A DNA stretch of 64,000 nt from Andalucia godoyi And28 (taxonomy: Eukaryota > Protista > Jakobida): positions 64,607 to 128,606 of the forward strand of contig VRVR01000017.1 of NCBI GenBank assembly GCA_009859145.1, given 5' to 3'. Below the pieces are notes generated by a model. The model worked only from the letters and a program-made list of their open reading frames with translations, was not told where the DNA came from and did no database searches. Positions 32,396 to 43,831 of this stretch are shown here, in pieces (position 1 is the first letter of the stretch; every line of letters begins with the position of its first letter). The position numbers and the translations under genes are program-made.

Positions 32396-33742
32396 ATGTC
32401 GTCCCATCTTGGAACATTACCATTTTCGCACGTTCCGCTTCACACAACAGCGACAAAGCAGTTTTCTCTTCGGAATCCCTTTGGAACAAGAGCTCATTTA
32501 CGGTCGGTGAGCATCACCACGACAGGCATTCCGAACTCTTTCCGCAATCGGTCGCTGACGGATAGCGATGACTGCTTCTTTCTGACTGGTTGCCCGTCGC
32601 TCCCTATCTTTCTGGATCCACACGAGACACTGACTTTTGAGGTTTCATTTGTGCCCAACGTCAGAGGAACCAGTGAAGGCAAGTTTTCTCTTGGGTTTGA
32701 CCATGCACTGCATGACGTTTCACTTGTTGGCATCGGTGTGCATAGTCACGATTCCTCCTCACGCTCCGTATCAAGTGACGACGACGAACAGCAAATGCTG
32801 CTTCGAAACACAGCATCTCAATGTTCTCCTGCGCTGAACAGCCGTGCAAATGCCACCGCGATGGCCAAATCATCCCCGCGGATTTCTCCTCGGACGCGGC
32901 GATCTGAATATTCGTCCCGTATCGAGCAGCGTTCTCCACTTCCTGCCCCCGCTCCAAAATTCAGTAGCAGTAGTGGTGGTGGTGGCAGCAATAATGGCGG
33001 AAATCACGTGCATTACAACTCGCCTGCTCGATCTGGAGACCAGTCGGAACGCCGAAGAACCCCTCAGACGGATTATGGTTATGCGTCGAGTTTCGCACGC
33101 GCTTCATCAGAAAAGAAGAGGAAAATGGAGGCTCCGAGATTACCCAGGCAGCATGCATCCGTGTCCAGTGCGCATCACCACAGTCGCACGCTTGAAGATC
33201 TGCAGGGTCGCCACCGCGCGATCGTGCACAGCGGTAATGTTCATGAAGAGAACGGGGTTGAGGTTGAGCATTTGGACGGGTATGACGAGGCGGAAGTCGA
33301 GGACGATGAACAGTCTGTTGTCGACCAGTTCATGTCGCGGGTGTCCCCTCCCAAAGCCGTCGTGAAGGAGTACCATCATTACCATCATTTTGTCCCGGAA
33401 TCTGCAGATGCTTTGGAAACACACGGTCGCCATGCTCCAGAAGAATCCACGCCCCCGCACGCTGTCAATCCTCGGACTGTAGCTAGCTCATTGCGTTCAC
33501 CGATGCCTTCACAGCAGTCATCCCCACCGTCGGCAGCAGGGTCACTACGGCGTGCATCCACTTCTCCTCGATCGAGAATTCCAGAAACATTCGATCTTTC
33601 GGTGGTTCCCAGATCACCCGGCTCTCCACAAGATCTCGAAGGGCTGGTGTCCGAGGCCGTGGAGCAGCTCCATAACCTGTCCACACGAATAGACCAAATT
33701 GACAGGGGCCTTTCGCAATGGAAACGATACGTGAACAAGTAA
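32396..33742 (+). CDS. ASH (ASPM-SPD2-Hydin) Ig-like domain protein with disordered tail
   Basis: FSHVPL..TATKQFSLRNP...LDPHETLTFEVSFVP...EGKFSL...VSLVGIG matches the ASH pattern; short C-terminal coiled coil. Confidence 0.7.
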   Translation: MSSHLGTLPFSHVPLHTTATKQFSLRNPFGTRAHLRSVSITTTGIPNSFRNRSLTDSDDCFFLTGCPSLPIFLDPHETLTFEVSFVPNVRGTSEGKFSLGFDHALHDVSLVGIGVHSHDSSSRSVSSDDDEQQMLLRNTASQCSPALNSRANATAMAKSSPRISPRTRRSEYSSRIEQRSPLPAPAPKFSSSSGGGGSNNGGNHVHYNSPARSGDQSERRRTPQTDYGYASSFARASSEKKRKMEAPRLPRQHASVSSAHHHSRTLEDLQGRHRAIVHSGNVHEENGVEVEHLDGYDEAEVEDDEQSVVDQFMSRVSPPKAVVKEYHHYHHFVPESADALETHGRHAPEESTPPHAVNPRTVASSLRSPMPSQQSSPPSAAGSLRRASTSPRSRIPETFDLSVVPRSPGSPQDLEGLVSEAVEQLHNLSTRIDQIDRGLSQWKRYVNK

Positions 33743-34264
33743 TATCCGGGAAGTTATAGATTTCCCACCAAACCCGTCGCCTCGTTCCAAAACTAATCAA
33801 TGTTGATCAGCACGGGCAACACTGACCTCACTTCCATGAGATTTTTCTGCCGATCCGGTTAAGAAGGTGCTACAACCAGGGTCAAGAGCTTTCACGGATT
33901 TTCTTGTCAAACTACTATCGCCGATACGATCTTGTTTGATTGGTGATTCAGGAATAGACAGAACAAAATCTTTTGGTTTTTTTTTTTTTCAACCTCAGTC
34001 GAGTATCGCGATCAAATGCTGGAAAGTCTTTGTTTTGGTCTGTTCGCAAAGGCTCTCTGAATTTAGCAGGGAAACGTCTCCCGGGACCTTTCCAATCTTT
34101 GGCGTTCAATCCGATAGATGTTTCTTCCTTTTTTGCTGCGGTATTTCATCACAGACTGTTTCTCTGCGTGAAAAATCCTGTCGATGTAGGCTGGGCCCAC
34201 GGGATGTTTCCGAATCCACGAGAAGATCGGTAGTCTGGAGCATTTCCGGTGTCCTCATGTTGTG

Positions 34265-34452
34265 CGACCAACACGATTCAGGAGCAACGTTCATTGTTGA
34301 ACGTTGAATCGATTGGGGGAATAGGTTCGTTGTGATGACCCTTTGATGCAGAGCAATCTGCATTGAAGAGTTGGTGCTCGCCCCAAATTGCTTCTGTCCT
34401 CGGTGACAGCTTTTAGTCGATGACCAATAATGATTCATGTGTTGGCGAGCGG
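34265..34452. repeat. Diverged dispersed direct repeat, copy 2
   Basis: Aligns by eye to 22525-22750; minus-strand translation LSPRTEAIWGEHQLFNA vs LSPKTDPI/WGERQLFNA. Confidence 0.7.
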
Positions 34453-34740
34453 TTTTGACTGTCCGATCATTCACTTTCACATATTCGCATCGGCTTGATG
34501 CTAGCAAGGGTTTTGGCAAAAAAATAATAATGATAATGATAAAGAATTCTAAAGCAAAACCATCGTTCTCTGGCTCTGGTTTTCATGGTTATAATTATTT
34601 GTATTTATTTTTTTATTTCCTTTTGTTCTGCATACTTTGACGAAGTCGTGTTGCTTGACGGGGAGAGGCGAGAAGAAAGTAATATTCATAATTAAGGAAG
34701 GGCGAGTTGCGGAACAGGAGGGACCAGTCTCTTGCGTACG

Positions 34741-37700
34741 ATGCTTGCGTCTCTGACTAAAGAAGCCCCTATTTCATCGCGACATTTGCCGACGTTTCCA
34801 AGCAGCTTCGTTTCGCGTTCGCCGTTTTTCACTCTTCATGCGAGGCTTTATATCCCGTCTGTTCCGAGTGGAACGCAGTGTGTGATGACTTCTGTCAGCC
34901 CGCTCGCGTGCGCCCCTATTGTGCATCCTGCATCTGATGGCGAGTGTGACTGGATGGTTGAGCAGTCGTTTCCGTATGTCCGGCTATCAAAGGATCTGTC
35001 GCTTTGTGTTCAGGTCATTAATACGCAGGATGTAATCACGCATTGTGCGGTTGTCGAGGTGTACAGAACGCTGCTTCGCAGATGCGATGAGTCAAATTCC
35101 GAGACGGTTTTGCTGACATCGCTTATTGGAATGGAAGACTCCATTTCGGTTACGCTGTCCATTGGATATTCGTTCGAATGCGACTCTTTGACACCAGCGC
35201 GGTTTAGGATGCTTCGGCCGTCTGATTTTGGAATTTCCGAAAGAACAAACAGCCCAAATTCCACAGCCTCTTCGCAGATCACACAGTTTCGGGCCGCTGA
35301 ATTGCAGTGCATTGTGACTGTTTCAAACATACATGGGCTGTTGGAAGCCCATTCGAGATCAAAGTTCCTGCGACTGACTTTTGAAGTCGGCGAGGATGAA
35401 TTCCCTCTACCTCTTCCTCCGGTTCATTCCGCTTCTTCTGTATGCCCCGATTCGTTGTCTGCGCTCTTGCTGTTGCCGGCTGAACATCTAGGAAGACAGA
35501 AAATTCCAAACATGTGCGTTTCGCTGAGTGAATTTGCGGACTCCAAACATCGGTCTTTCAGAAATACAATGTCGCTGACTTCTTCAGGGTCATCTGCTGC
35601 ATTGTATGCTTCTTCCCCAGGTTCTCCAGGTGGTTCGTTGTTGACAAGGGGCTACTCTTCCTCTTCTCTCGTGAATCGAAACAGATCTGATTCCGAAGGA
35701 AGTGACCCTGGGACCCCGACGTCTTCTGGGTCTTCACCTCGCTTTGCTGCTGATCATGGTGCATTCGGCTTTACGTGGAAGCAAATCAGTTCACAGGTGG
35801 TTCCAGTCGCCAAAGCCTCCACTCTTGTTCTCGGAAAAGCAACTGTGGATGTAACTGTTTGTATGTTAGGGATTCCAACTATTTCCGGATGGTGGGATTG
35901 TCTGGCATCGCTTGATCCCCGAATTTCAAGGATTGTGAACAGCGGCACGATGGATACTCTGGAAAGCATTGCAAAGGGAGATATTGAATTTCCGCTGCCC
36001 ACGCTGGATGACAGCACGGACATATCGGCGCTTGCCCATCTTCCGGTGCTGATTTCGCAAATCAACACGGTTTGGAATCAGTCTGTTAAGCACCGTGCAA
36101 CATTTCCAAAGCTTACACAATATCTGAAAGACTTCACCGCAGCTTGCAGTTTTCGTTTGAGAAGGCCTGAATCAATAGTTACTGCGTTGGGTGTGTATGA
36201 TTCTCGAGTGTCCGATTACCTTGCACGTCATTTGAACAGCATTGATCCTTTCGTCCGAGGGATGCTCCCTTCTGAAGAACAGGATATTAAAACTCGTCGT
36301 GCTTTCGCTCGGTATAATAACGATTGCGTGATCTCTGTAAGCGTCGATGCGTGGGGCGAGTCAACTGACGTCTTCTACTCGTGGGACATTGCCAGTCAGT
36401 TGCAGAAGCTCAGCTCGAAGGAATGCATGCAGGGATTACTTCGCTGTAGCAGAGGAACGCCGTGGTGTGTCGTTGCAACATGCCTTTGTCGTGTCGCTGA
36501 ACTTGGAGATGACTACTCGGTTGGAGACTGGGATCGCTTTTGTGATTTCGTTGAACTCTGTGGCTTGTCTCGCGAAATCTGGTCTTTCCTGTCTTCGGCC
36601 TTTCATTCGCAGTTTTCTGTCAAAGAGTGGATTGTGGCCTCTCGTCTTGCTGCAGAGAAGCATTCATTGGCGTTGAGCTGTGCATCGTTCGACGCTAGCG
36701 ATGAGATGCATCATCTGACTTGTGGTGTGGCTTGTACTCGGTCTCTTCGAACGCCAGAGAACTGGAGAGGCACTGTCCCGCTGTTCCTCGATTGTTGGAG
36801 GAAATATCGCCGAATTTTCGCACACTCAATGCCCATTCTGAATGAACACGTTTCGAATGACGTTCAAGAAGCTGTGCTGCTGTCTTACTCGGCCGTGCAA
36901 CCGGGTGCATTTGCCTCGCTCGTCATGGCGGTCCTCCGCTACCCGTTGTCGAAGTCTACGATTGTGGACCTTCTGTGGCACTGCGCCGATGCTCCTTTGT
37001 TGCCGTTCATGTCTGGCCTTCCGCCAGAGATCACGCAAGCCATGAAGGCGTCCATCTGCTTGTTTGCTGCGTCTGCAGAAATTGACATCAGCAGAACGAC
37101 GTCATTGATGAAGGCATTCATTGGAGGCAGTCTCTCCAGATTGATGTTTTTGCGCTCTATCGAGAATTTGGTTCGTTCTCCTGCTGGCCAAAAAGTCCTG
37201 AAGCAAAAGCCTTATCTCCAAAAGGAGATTGGACACGCCGTTCTTTCCCTCCAGAAGCCGTGCGTTTTGACCGGTGTGCCGTTTCATGTCTGGACTCCGT
37301 TGTGCTCGTTTGTGCTGTTTGTTCCCAGTGGCACTGCACATGCAGCTGAGCAAGCAGTGAAGCATTTTTTTGGATTTTCGATGCAGAACGTGGTGTGGAC
37401 ACAGGATCGTCTTGGGGGTCGCAAGCCCTGCGCGGTGGATGCCGAATTCAGTCTTGCGTATGTCCGTGGAGCTGATCGTCCGTCATTTGAAGCCTCCTCA
37501 GATTTGGACTCCTTTGTTTCCTATCAGCACACTTTTGATTCCTTTACAAATTATCGAGCGCACGACTCGATATGTGTGATTCCGCGTGTTTCCACCATCT
37601 TGTCCGACAGTCTTGCGATATCGCTCCTGATTCCTGTCCGTTCTGATCGTCTTGAGGCGCCAATGCGGTTGATTGATTTGCTGGAAATCCACTCCATTCT

Positions 37701-38016
37701 TTTATCTCGTTCGCCAGAGCGTCTTTCTTCTGCATTGCTCAGTGATGTGCGAACAGATGGATTCGCGGGAGTGGAGCGAGCATGTGCGATAATCCGGGTG
37801 GAAATGGAGTCTCGTACTAGTCGTGTAGCTGAGGCCAAGAACCAGGTGCTGAAAGAGCATGTTCGGCGGAAAAAGGAATCAACAGACCCGGGGTCTCTGG
37901 TGGCCCCGGACTTGTCTGCGCTCGAAGAGCATCAAGAGATGCATATTGCGAATGTCGAGCGACGTGTTTCCCATTTGACGAAGGTCTTCAAAAGAGATCA
38001 AACGTTAGTCGTGTAA
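34741..38016 (+). CDS. Large hypothetical protein (about 1090 aa)
   Basis: Uninterrupted 3.3-kb ORF; no family recognised. Confidence 0.75.
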   Translation: MLASLTKEAPISSRHLPTFPSSFVSRSPFFTLHARLYIPSVPSGTQCVMTSVSPLACAPIVHPASDGECDWMVEQSFPYVRLSKDLSLCVQVINTQDVITHCAVVEVYRTLLRRCDESNSETVLLTSLIGMEDSISVTLSIGYSFECDSLTPARFRMLRPSDFGISERTNSPNSTASSQITQFRAAELQCIVTVSNIHGLLEAHSRSKFLRLTFEVGEDEFPLPLPPVHSASSVCPDSLSALLLLPAEHLGRQKIPNMCVSLSEFADSKHRSFRNTMSLTSSGSSAALYASSPGSPGGSLLTRGYSSSSLVNRNRSDSEGSDPGTPTSSGSSPRFAADHGAFGFTWKQISSQVVPVAKASTLVLGKATVDVTVCMLGIPTISGWWDCLASLDPRISRIVNSGTMDTLESIAKGDIEFPLPTLDDSTDISALAHLPVLISQINTVWNQSVKHRATFPKLTQYLKDFTAACSFRLRRPESIVTALGVYDSRVSDYLARHLNSIDPFVRGMLPSEEQDIKTRRAFARYNNDCVISVSVDAWGESTDVFYSWDIASQLQKLSSKECMQGLLRCSRGTPWCVVATCLCRVAELGDDYSVGDWDRFCDFVELCGLSREIWSFLSSAFHSQFSVKEWIVASRLAAEKHSLALSCASFDASDEMHHLTCGVACTRSLRTPENWRGTVPLFLDCWRKYRRIFAHSMPILNEHVSNDVQEAVLLSYSAVQPGAFASLVMAVLRYPLSKSTIVDLLWHCADAPLLPFMSGLPPEITQAMKASICLFAASAEIDISRTTSLMKAFIGGSLSRLMFLRSIENLVRSPAGQKVLKQKPYLQKEIGHAVLSLQKPCVLTGVPFHVWTPLCSFVLFVPSGTAHAAEQAVKHFFGFSMQNVVWTQDRLGGRKPCAVDAEFSLAYVRGADRPSFEASSDLDSFVSYQHTFDSFTNYRAHDSICVIPRVSTILSDSLAISLLIPVRSDRLEAPMRLIDLLEIHSILLSRSPERLSSALLSDVRTDGFAGVERACAIIRVEMESRTSRVAEAKNQVLKEHVRRKKESTDPGSLVAPDLSALEEHQEMHIANVERRVSHLTKVFKRDQTLVV

Positions 38017-38367
38017 GATGTGCATGGCATTTCTTTAAGATGTGGTGATCATGATTGCAGCCTTTTCTCGTTCAGAAACAAACCATTTTTTTCTTTGCCA
38101 ACTATTTAACTACATAAGAAATAAATAAAATCAACGAACAGAGAGAAGAAAACAAAGAAGCAAACGTATCCGCTCCAAGACATGCGCAAAATGCCAACCA
38201 GCGTAACTGATGATGATTGGGAACCCAACAGCGTGTTTATAAAAATTGATTGTGGTGAGGGGAAGACGGAGACGCAGGGGAAGACGGAGAAGGGGAGAGA
38301 AGAAGACTAATTAAAAATAATAATAAAACGAAAAAAAGTCCAAACAAGATTATGGCAAAAACTCTCG

Positions 38368-39420
38368 TCACACAGATTTTCGAACCCCGGCCTGCAGAAG
38401 CTGCTCGATGACTTTGGAGTCGTGGATGCCTTGTTGTTCCAGAGTATGCAACAGTGTTTGAAGTTCTTCCAATTGCCCCGCATCCAGCTGCGAGGGTCGT
38501 CGACTGTGGTTGGTCGCAAACCCAAATCCAGGAAGCTGGCCTGGGTGTGCAGCAGGGGAAGGAGAAACCAACCCAAACGACGCACTCTGCGGAGAAAAGG
38601 ATGAATGCTGTGGGGACGAAACGGGTGACGACGTGAACGCAGACCCAGGGCCAGATCGGTCGGACTCCTGTTGTCGAGCGGCAGCGGCCCTTTGAATCTC
38701 GCGTAGTTCTCCCGTTCCAGAATTGATTTTGAAATGCGTCTGCATGGTCTTTTGACGGGCCTTATGAGCCCGACGAATCTCTGCTTTGGAGGCTGTGGGA
38801 TCTCCACTAGGATAGGCACCTGCAGAAGGAGAAGGAAATCCCGGAGAAACACTGGAAGTCGCATTGTCCATCGCCAGCTGCTGTGAATGCGCAGGAGAAG
38901 TCGGGACGTATTGGGGGGGTGGCTGCAACCCAAAAGAAGGTGAGCTTTGGACATCGGCAAGAGACACCGAAGGAAGCAAAGACTGTGGCAAAACACCGTA
39001 CATACCATAAGGTCCTTGAGATACATGCTGATTCGAGACCATCGGAGGAGGATGCATGAATGGAGGACCGGGACGATCCACGGTTGGATCAAAGGACATC
39101 GAATTCAAGACCTGGATTACTGCTGGAGAAGACGAATGAAACGGTAGGTGCGAATGCTGCGAGTCATTTGCTGTGATTCCCTGGCTGCTGCTGCTCATCC
39201 CTTGTGCCATGCCAAACGGTCCTCCTCTCGAAATTCCTGGCGAGTTCGCGAACGCGGGATTCATGGTTTGCGTAGCGTTGGTCGGGGTTGCTGTGTTCGA
39301 AGCTCCGTGCGGGCTCATGAGACGCTCAATTTCCCTTTCATCATCTTCATTTAAAGCCAGCACCAGATTCAGTCTTGTGCTGCCGGCGTGGTGTTGTCTG
39401 GAGTCGTTGGGATCTTGCAT
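38368..39420 (-). CDS. Hypothetical Pro/Ser/Gln-rich protein
   Basis: 350-aa ORF with ATG; short basic stretch KAEIRRAHKARQK; helical C-terminus. Confidence 0.65.
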   Translation of the reverse strand: MQDPNDSRQHHAGSTRLNLVLALNEDDEREIERLMSPHGASNTATPTNATQTMNPAFANSPGISRGGPFGMAQGMSSSSQGITANDSQHSHLPFHSSSPAVIQVLNSMSFDPTVDRPGPPFMHPPPMVSNQHVSQGPYGMYGVLPQSLLPSVSLADVQSSPSFGLQPPPQYVPTSPAHSQQLAMDNATSSVSPGFPSPSAGAYPSGDPTASKAEIRRAHKARQKTMQTHFKINSGTGELREIQRAAAARQQESDRSGPGSAFTSSPVSSPQHSSFSPQSASFGLVSPSPAAHPGQLPGFGFATNHSRRPSQLDAGQLEELQTLLHTLEQQGIHDSKVIEQLLQAGVRKSV

Positions 39421-40409
39421 GCCGAGGGCAAAAAACTCTCCAATTGCAGAAGCTCGACGGATTGGAAGTTACTACGGCCCGGTGTTTTTTTTTCCCCCTC
39501 CTCCTCAAGCAAACAGCCGTTCAAAGAAAGACGAAGACGATGATGCAGGACAGACTGTTCAAAAATGGGCCACGGCAATGCAAGATGCTGGCCTGGAGGG
39601 ATGTTGTAAGAGACTGCACAGCGGATGAAACAGGAAAAGAACATGAGGGGGGAAGTCTAACTGAGAATTTTCCTGTGCGTGCAGAGCAAATCATTTGCTG
39701 GTTCTCGAGCTGCAAGGACTGGCTTAGCGGCCAAAGGTGATTTCCACTCAGAGAGACCGCTTTCGCAGCCTCCAACTTGTCCAACCATTGATTCCGCTTG
39801 CTCCTCTGCCTCCACGGTCTGTGAGGAATGTCGTGAAACCGTAGTATCCCTTGAACCATTTATGAATTTCGTCCGAGCGGAAAAGGCGATCGGAGCCTTT
39901 CGCGAGGTGCTTGGACACAGCGGGCGACTGAAGTGGTGCGACAACCAGCTGAAATCGATGGTGCATCGCAGCAACAGATTCCTGATGTGGAACCATCAGA
40001 CAGCGACCACCCGAATCCTGTATTACAGAACTCGCGGGCTGCTCGCTCGGGCCGACGTGCTGCGTCAGTGGAACCCATGAATATGCGAGCAGCAACGGAG
40101 GGACAAGATGAAAACATGCAGAATGCAGTAAAATTACAAAAAGGCAACAAAAATTATTGTTATTATTATTATTAAATAAATAAACACAGCTGTTTAAACT
40201 GGAAACACTGACGATGTTTGGGGGATAGGAGCGTGTCCATCCTTATCAGCTGCAAGATGGCATCATCTATCAATACTGGGAGGCAGACGCATCGAAGAAA
40301 GCTCTTGGACTGTTCCACCTGGGGAAAAAAAATAATAGAAAAGTGTTAATACGACAGAGTGACGGACACTCCATCATCGCAGGTATCGATTCCATCATGG
40401 ACTACGAGC

Positions 40410-41759
40410 TCACGACGAAGGTCGTGATGATACGCTCGCTGCTGCTGCTGCTGCTGAAATCTCTCTAGGGCGGCGCTCGGATGATACGGGTTCCTGCACC
40501 CAAACATACTCCAATGTCCAGTTCCGTTCATCTCCTTTGTCGATCTCGCAAGAACAGGCACAGGTGTAAACACAGGCTGTGGCAAAATCCATGCCTTTCT
40601 CTACATCGCAATTTAAACTCAAAATGATCGGAGGCATGATTTGCAGTTCAAATACGCGATATGAACCGCACGCTTCGCACGACGGGATGTCCGAGTACGC
40701 AGGCTGCTGGTTCGTGGCCCACAGTGGTTCGCCTCCGAACTGCCAGCGCAAAACTTGATGCGGTTCTGTTTGGACTCTTTTGTAAAACTTTCCAAAAACT
40801 GGATCTCGGATGGATGCGTACATTTCCTCCATCGCATCCCAGTCTCCTTGCGTTACGTCGTACGTCGACGTCTGAGATTCGTACATTTTCAGCAGCTCCA
40901 TTTGCTTTTGCAACTCTTCTGGGGTCATATCGTCATCGCCACCATCATCGTCATCGTCATCGTCGTGGTCATGGATAGCTTCGCCGCCGCGTGCACCAAC
41001 AGATCCAGCCAGCCGCTCATTACCTGATCCTCCACCTTCGTCATCGCCATCGTCGTCGTCGTCGTCTTCTTCTTCTTCGACCACTGGTTCTTCGAAAATA
41101 TCAAGAAAGTAAGCATCCTTCTCATACTCTGTCTTTCTTTTGGATTTCTTTCCTTTTCCGCTCTTCGATGGATTAGTCGGGGATGGAGATCCTGGTCCTG
41201 ATCCTGATCTTGATTGTGATTCTGATTCTGATTCTGATCTAATAACAGAAGCAGAAGCAGAAGCAGCCGCGGAAACTGTCGCCGATGCCATTGTTGATGC
41301 GGCAGCGAGCTTTTCATCACGAGCATTTAACAATTGCTCAAGCATCGCCATCGAGCTCTGAGCAGAAGATGATCCCAAATTCGACAAATCAATCACCGGG
41401 TCCGTTCTCTTCGGCAGCGCAGCTGTCCCACAAGCGGTGCTCGGGTTAGGAACGTACTTGCGCTGCTGACGAACCGCAGCCCAACACTCGGAATGCATAG
41501 AACAATCTGCCGAATCGCACGCAAAAACATACAACACGCGGTCCATGGTCTCATCTAAGGGCGCAAATGCTTGAGCCAGAAAACGGAGCGCCGACTGGCA
41601 CCTCGTGCACTGGAGGATCTGTTCAAGTGCAGGCGATGGCGGAATCAGCCATATTGGAGAACCGCCTATTTTAGATCTCAAAGCGTCACAACAATCCACC
41701 GGAACCTTTTCATCTGGAACCCCAAGCCATACTGTAGGCTCCGGGTCGTATTCAGCCAT
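40410..41759 (-). CDS. PDCD2-like / TSR4 ribosomal protein uS5 chaperone
   Basis: SKIGGSPIW, CTRC...LAQAFAPL...RVLYVFAC, QVLRWQFGGEPLW, CEACGSYRVFELQIMP, DFATACVYTC. Confidence 0.92.
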   Translation of the reverse strand: MAEYDPEPTVWLGVPDEKVPVDCCDALRSKIGGSPIWLIPPSPALEQILQCTRCQSALRFLAQAFAPLDETMDRVLYVFACDSADCSMHSECWAAVRQQRKYVPNPSTACGTAALPKRTDPVIDLSNLGSSSAQSSMAMLEQLLNARDEKLAAASTMASATVSAAASASASVIRSESESESQSRSGSGPGSPSPTNPSKSGKGKKSKRKTEYEKDAYFLDIFEEPVVEEEEDDDDDDGDDEGGGSGNERLAGSVGARGGEAIHDHDDDDDDDGGDDDMTPEELQKQMELLKMYESQTSTYDVTQGDWDAMEEMYASIRDPVFGKFYKRVQTEPHQVLRWQFGGEPLWATNQQPAYSDIPSCEACGSYRVFELQIMPPIILSLNCDVEKGMDFATACVYTCACSCEIDKGDERNWTLEYVWVQEPVSSERRPREISAAAAAASVSSRPSS

Positions 41760-42346
41760 CCTTGCCGCAATGCAACGCGATCAGCAGGGGATCCACAAGT
41801 CCTCTCAAAGCTAAACGATAAATGCTTATTTAAAAATTTGAAAGAAAGAAAAATAAGAGTATTACCCTCCTCCAACCCCAAAGCCTCTCCAAAACATTTG
41901 TCTCGCATGCTGCGCCCCCAAACAGATTGTTCGGCATAAAGCGACATTTAAAAATGCGGTGCTTCTCTCCTACCCTCAAACGCATACCTCTCCAGAAGCC
42001 CTAGGAAAACATGAACGCCGGACTTTAATTATTTTTTCCCGTATATTCGCAGCCGTTTGCCATTCCTCATTCCAGGATATTTTATTTGTTCTTTGGTGTT
42101 TTTCGTTTTTCCGACTTTGTTGTGCTTGCTTCAACTGGTGGGCAACCGTTTTCAGAAGGCAAGTGGGAAATCTGGGACAGCCAAGGAATGTGCAGTACGA
42201 AGACGCAACAAACTGCTTCCAAGGAGCAAACAAATTCAGTCCGTCACTGTGCGAATCGTTTGAAGACAGCACAAACGTTGTGAACACAGTCTTCGATTCA
42301 GAACTGTTCAGGTGGACAAAGCATTCCCTGGGCATCCAAGAAAGCT

Positions 42347-43503
42347 ATGGTTAAGCAGTATCTTCAGGTGGAAGCATATCTTGCGAAAAGGGCTCGTGAG
42401 CTCAATACTGACCACCTGTTGATGGACGCCACTAGCATCGCCAGAGTCATTGGTATTATGCACTCTGTTTGCGCAAACAACGTTCTCGACACCAAGAACG
42501 TTTTCGAAAGCGCTCCGTCCAGTGATCGAATTGTTGAAGGGGATGAGGACACGGTTTTGCAGATTCTGTTCCAGAATAAAACTCGTGGCATTCATCCAAG
42601 GAACGTCGTGTTAGCAGATTATCATCTCTCTTTGCTGCGCTACATTATATAGACTCGCGACTAAAGCGAAACTTGGGAGTCACCTGCAAACATCTCAAAG
42701 ACGTGCTTGCTTCTGGAATATATCGGAAGTATTCTTCCGATATTCCTTCGTCTCGGGGCAGGAGTCGTCGGAAGGGTGCTGTTGATCCCGACAATTTCAC
42801 GGAAGAGCTCTTCCCGCCTGTGTATGTGTCAGCACAGACCATTCGATCGAAGATGAAACATCTTGGATATACTTGGGCACATATCAACAGTTTTGCAGAG
42901 CGGAAATCGAAGGGCTCGGATTACGTCCAGGACTGTGTCAATCGGTGGGTACAGCTGTATCCAAGGCTGGAGCAGAATGAACTGAAGCTGTTCAAAGATA
43001 AGCAGGGGAAGAAATGCGTGACTCTTCTCACATTCTTCGACGAAAGTTCCATACACCGCTAGGACTGCCCAAAGCATTGCTGATTGCAAGCAGGTCGCTC
43101 AACTTTCGAATACAAGATGTCAATGGGTGGAAGAAGAAGGAAAATGGTGGAGAAGTGCATTGATTTGGGGGGCATAGAGTTTCCTGATACCCTAGTACTT
43201 CTCCCAAGTGATGCGAGTGAAGGCAGGAGGAAAAAAAGAAAAGCATCTCAAAGCAAAGTCAAGAAAGGAATGAGCCGACTTGTTACGGGCTCTAAAAATG
43301 CACCTCTCGCAGAAATACGGGGAACAAGCAGTACGCGTCGTTTCGACATATTTTACAATAAGGGGTGGCATGTGTTCACCACGCCGCCGTACCATCCTGA
43401 ATTCCAGCCAATCGAGTTGGTCTGGAATGTTGTAAAAGCGAGAGTGAAGTTTGAGGCGACAACCCACAACTACGCTGCCGCGGCATCCTCTTTTGTGGGT
43501 TAA
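42347..43503 (+). pseudogene. Decayed IS630/Tc1-mariner-like DDE transposase
   Basis: Fragments ...KHLGYTW...FFDESSIH and FTTPPYHPEFQPIELVWNVVKARV, separated by stops and frameshifts. Confidence 0.75.
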
Positions 43504-43831
43504 AAGCTGCTTCGTGGTAACCTCCCTAAGTAATGTTCCTTGGTGGAATTCCTGTGTGTGAATCATGCCACTTCTTCTTCTCTTCCGGCATCCATCAACG
43601 ATATAATAATAATAATAGTAATAATAATAACAAGATTTTGTTTCGTTTATCGTGCATTTCTTAGTGCGCAAGTCAGTCGCAGATTCAAGAAAGGTCAAAA
43701 GGGCACGCAGAAGACCACACCGCGGAACGAGCATGGTAATCGTCGTTTTCTATGTATATACATTTTATATATTATTTTTCATTTATTTTTGTTACTATTT
43801 ACTGTTTGTGGCAGATAAAGAAGACTTGAAG

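Noticed and set aside
11541-34980. In-window targets for the putative guides (CCG+AAAACG near 11541, CCG+CAGTTT near 32280, CCG+TATGTC near 34972)
   Set aside because: Only 6-nt matches after CCG, which is expected by chance in 128 kb of double-stranded sequence.
43736-43814. GT...AG AT-rich segment upstream of ERMP1 as a coding intron
   Set aside because: Splicing to the upstream ATG gives an immediate stop; at most a 5' UTR intron, unsupported here.
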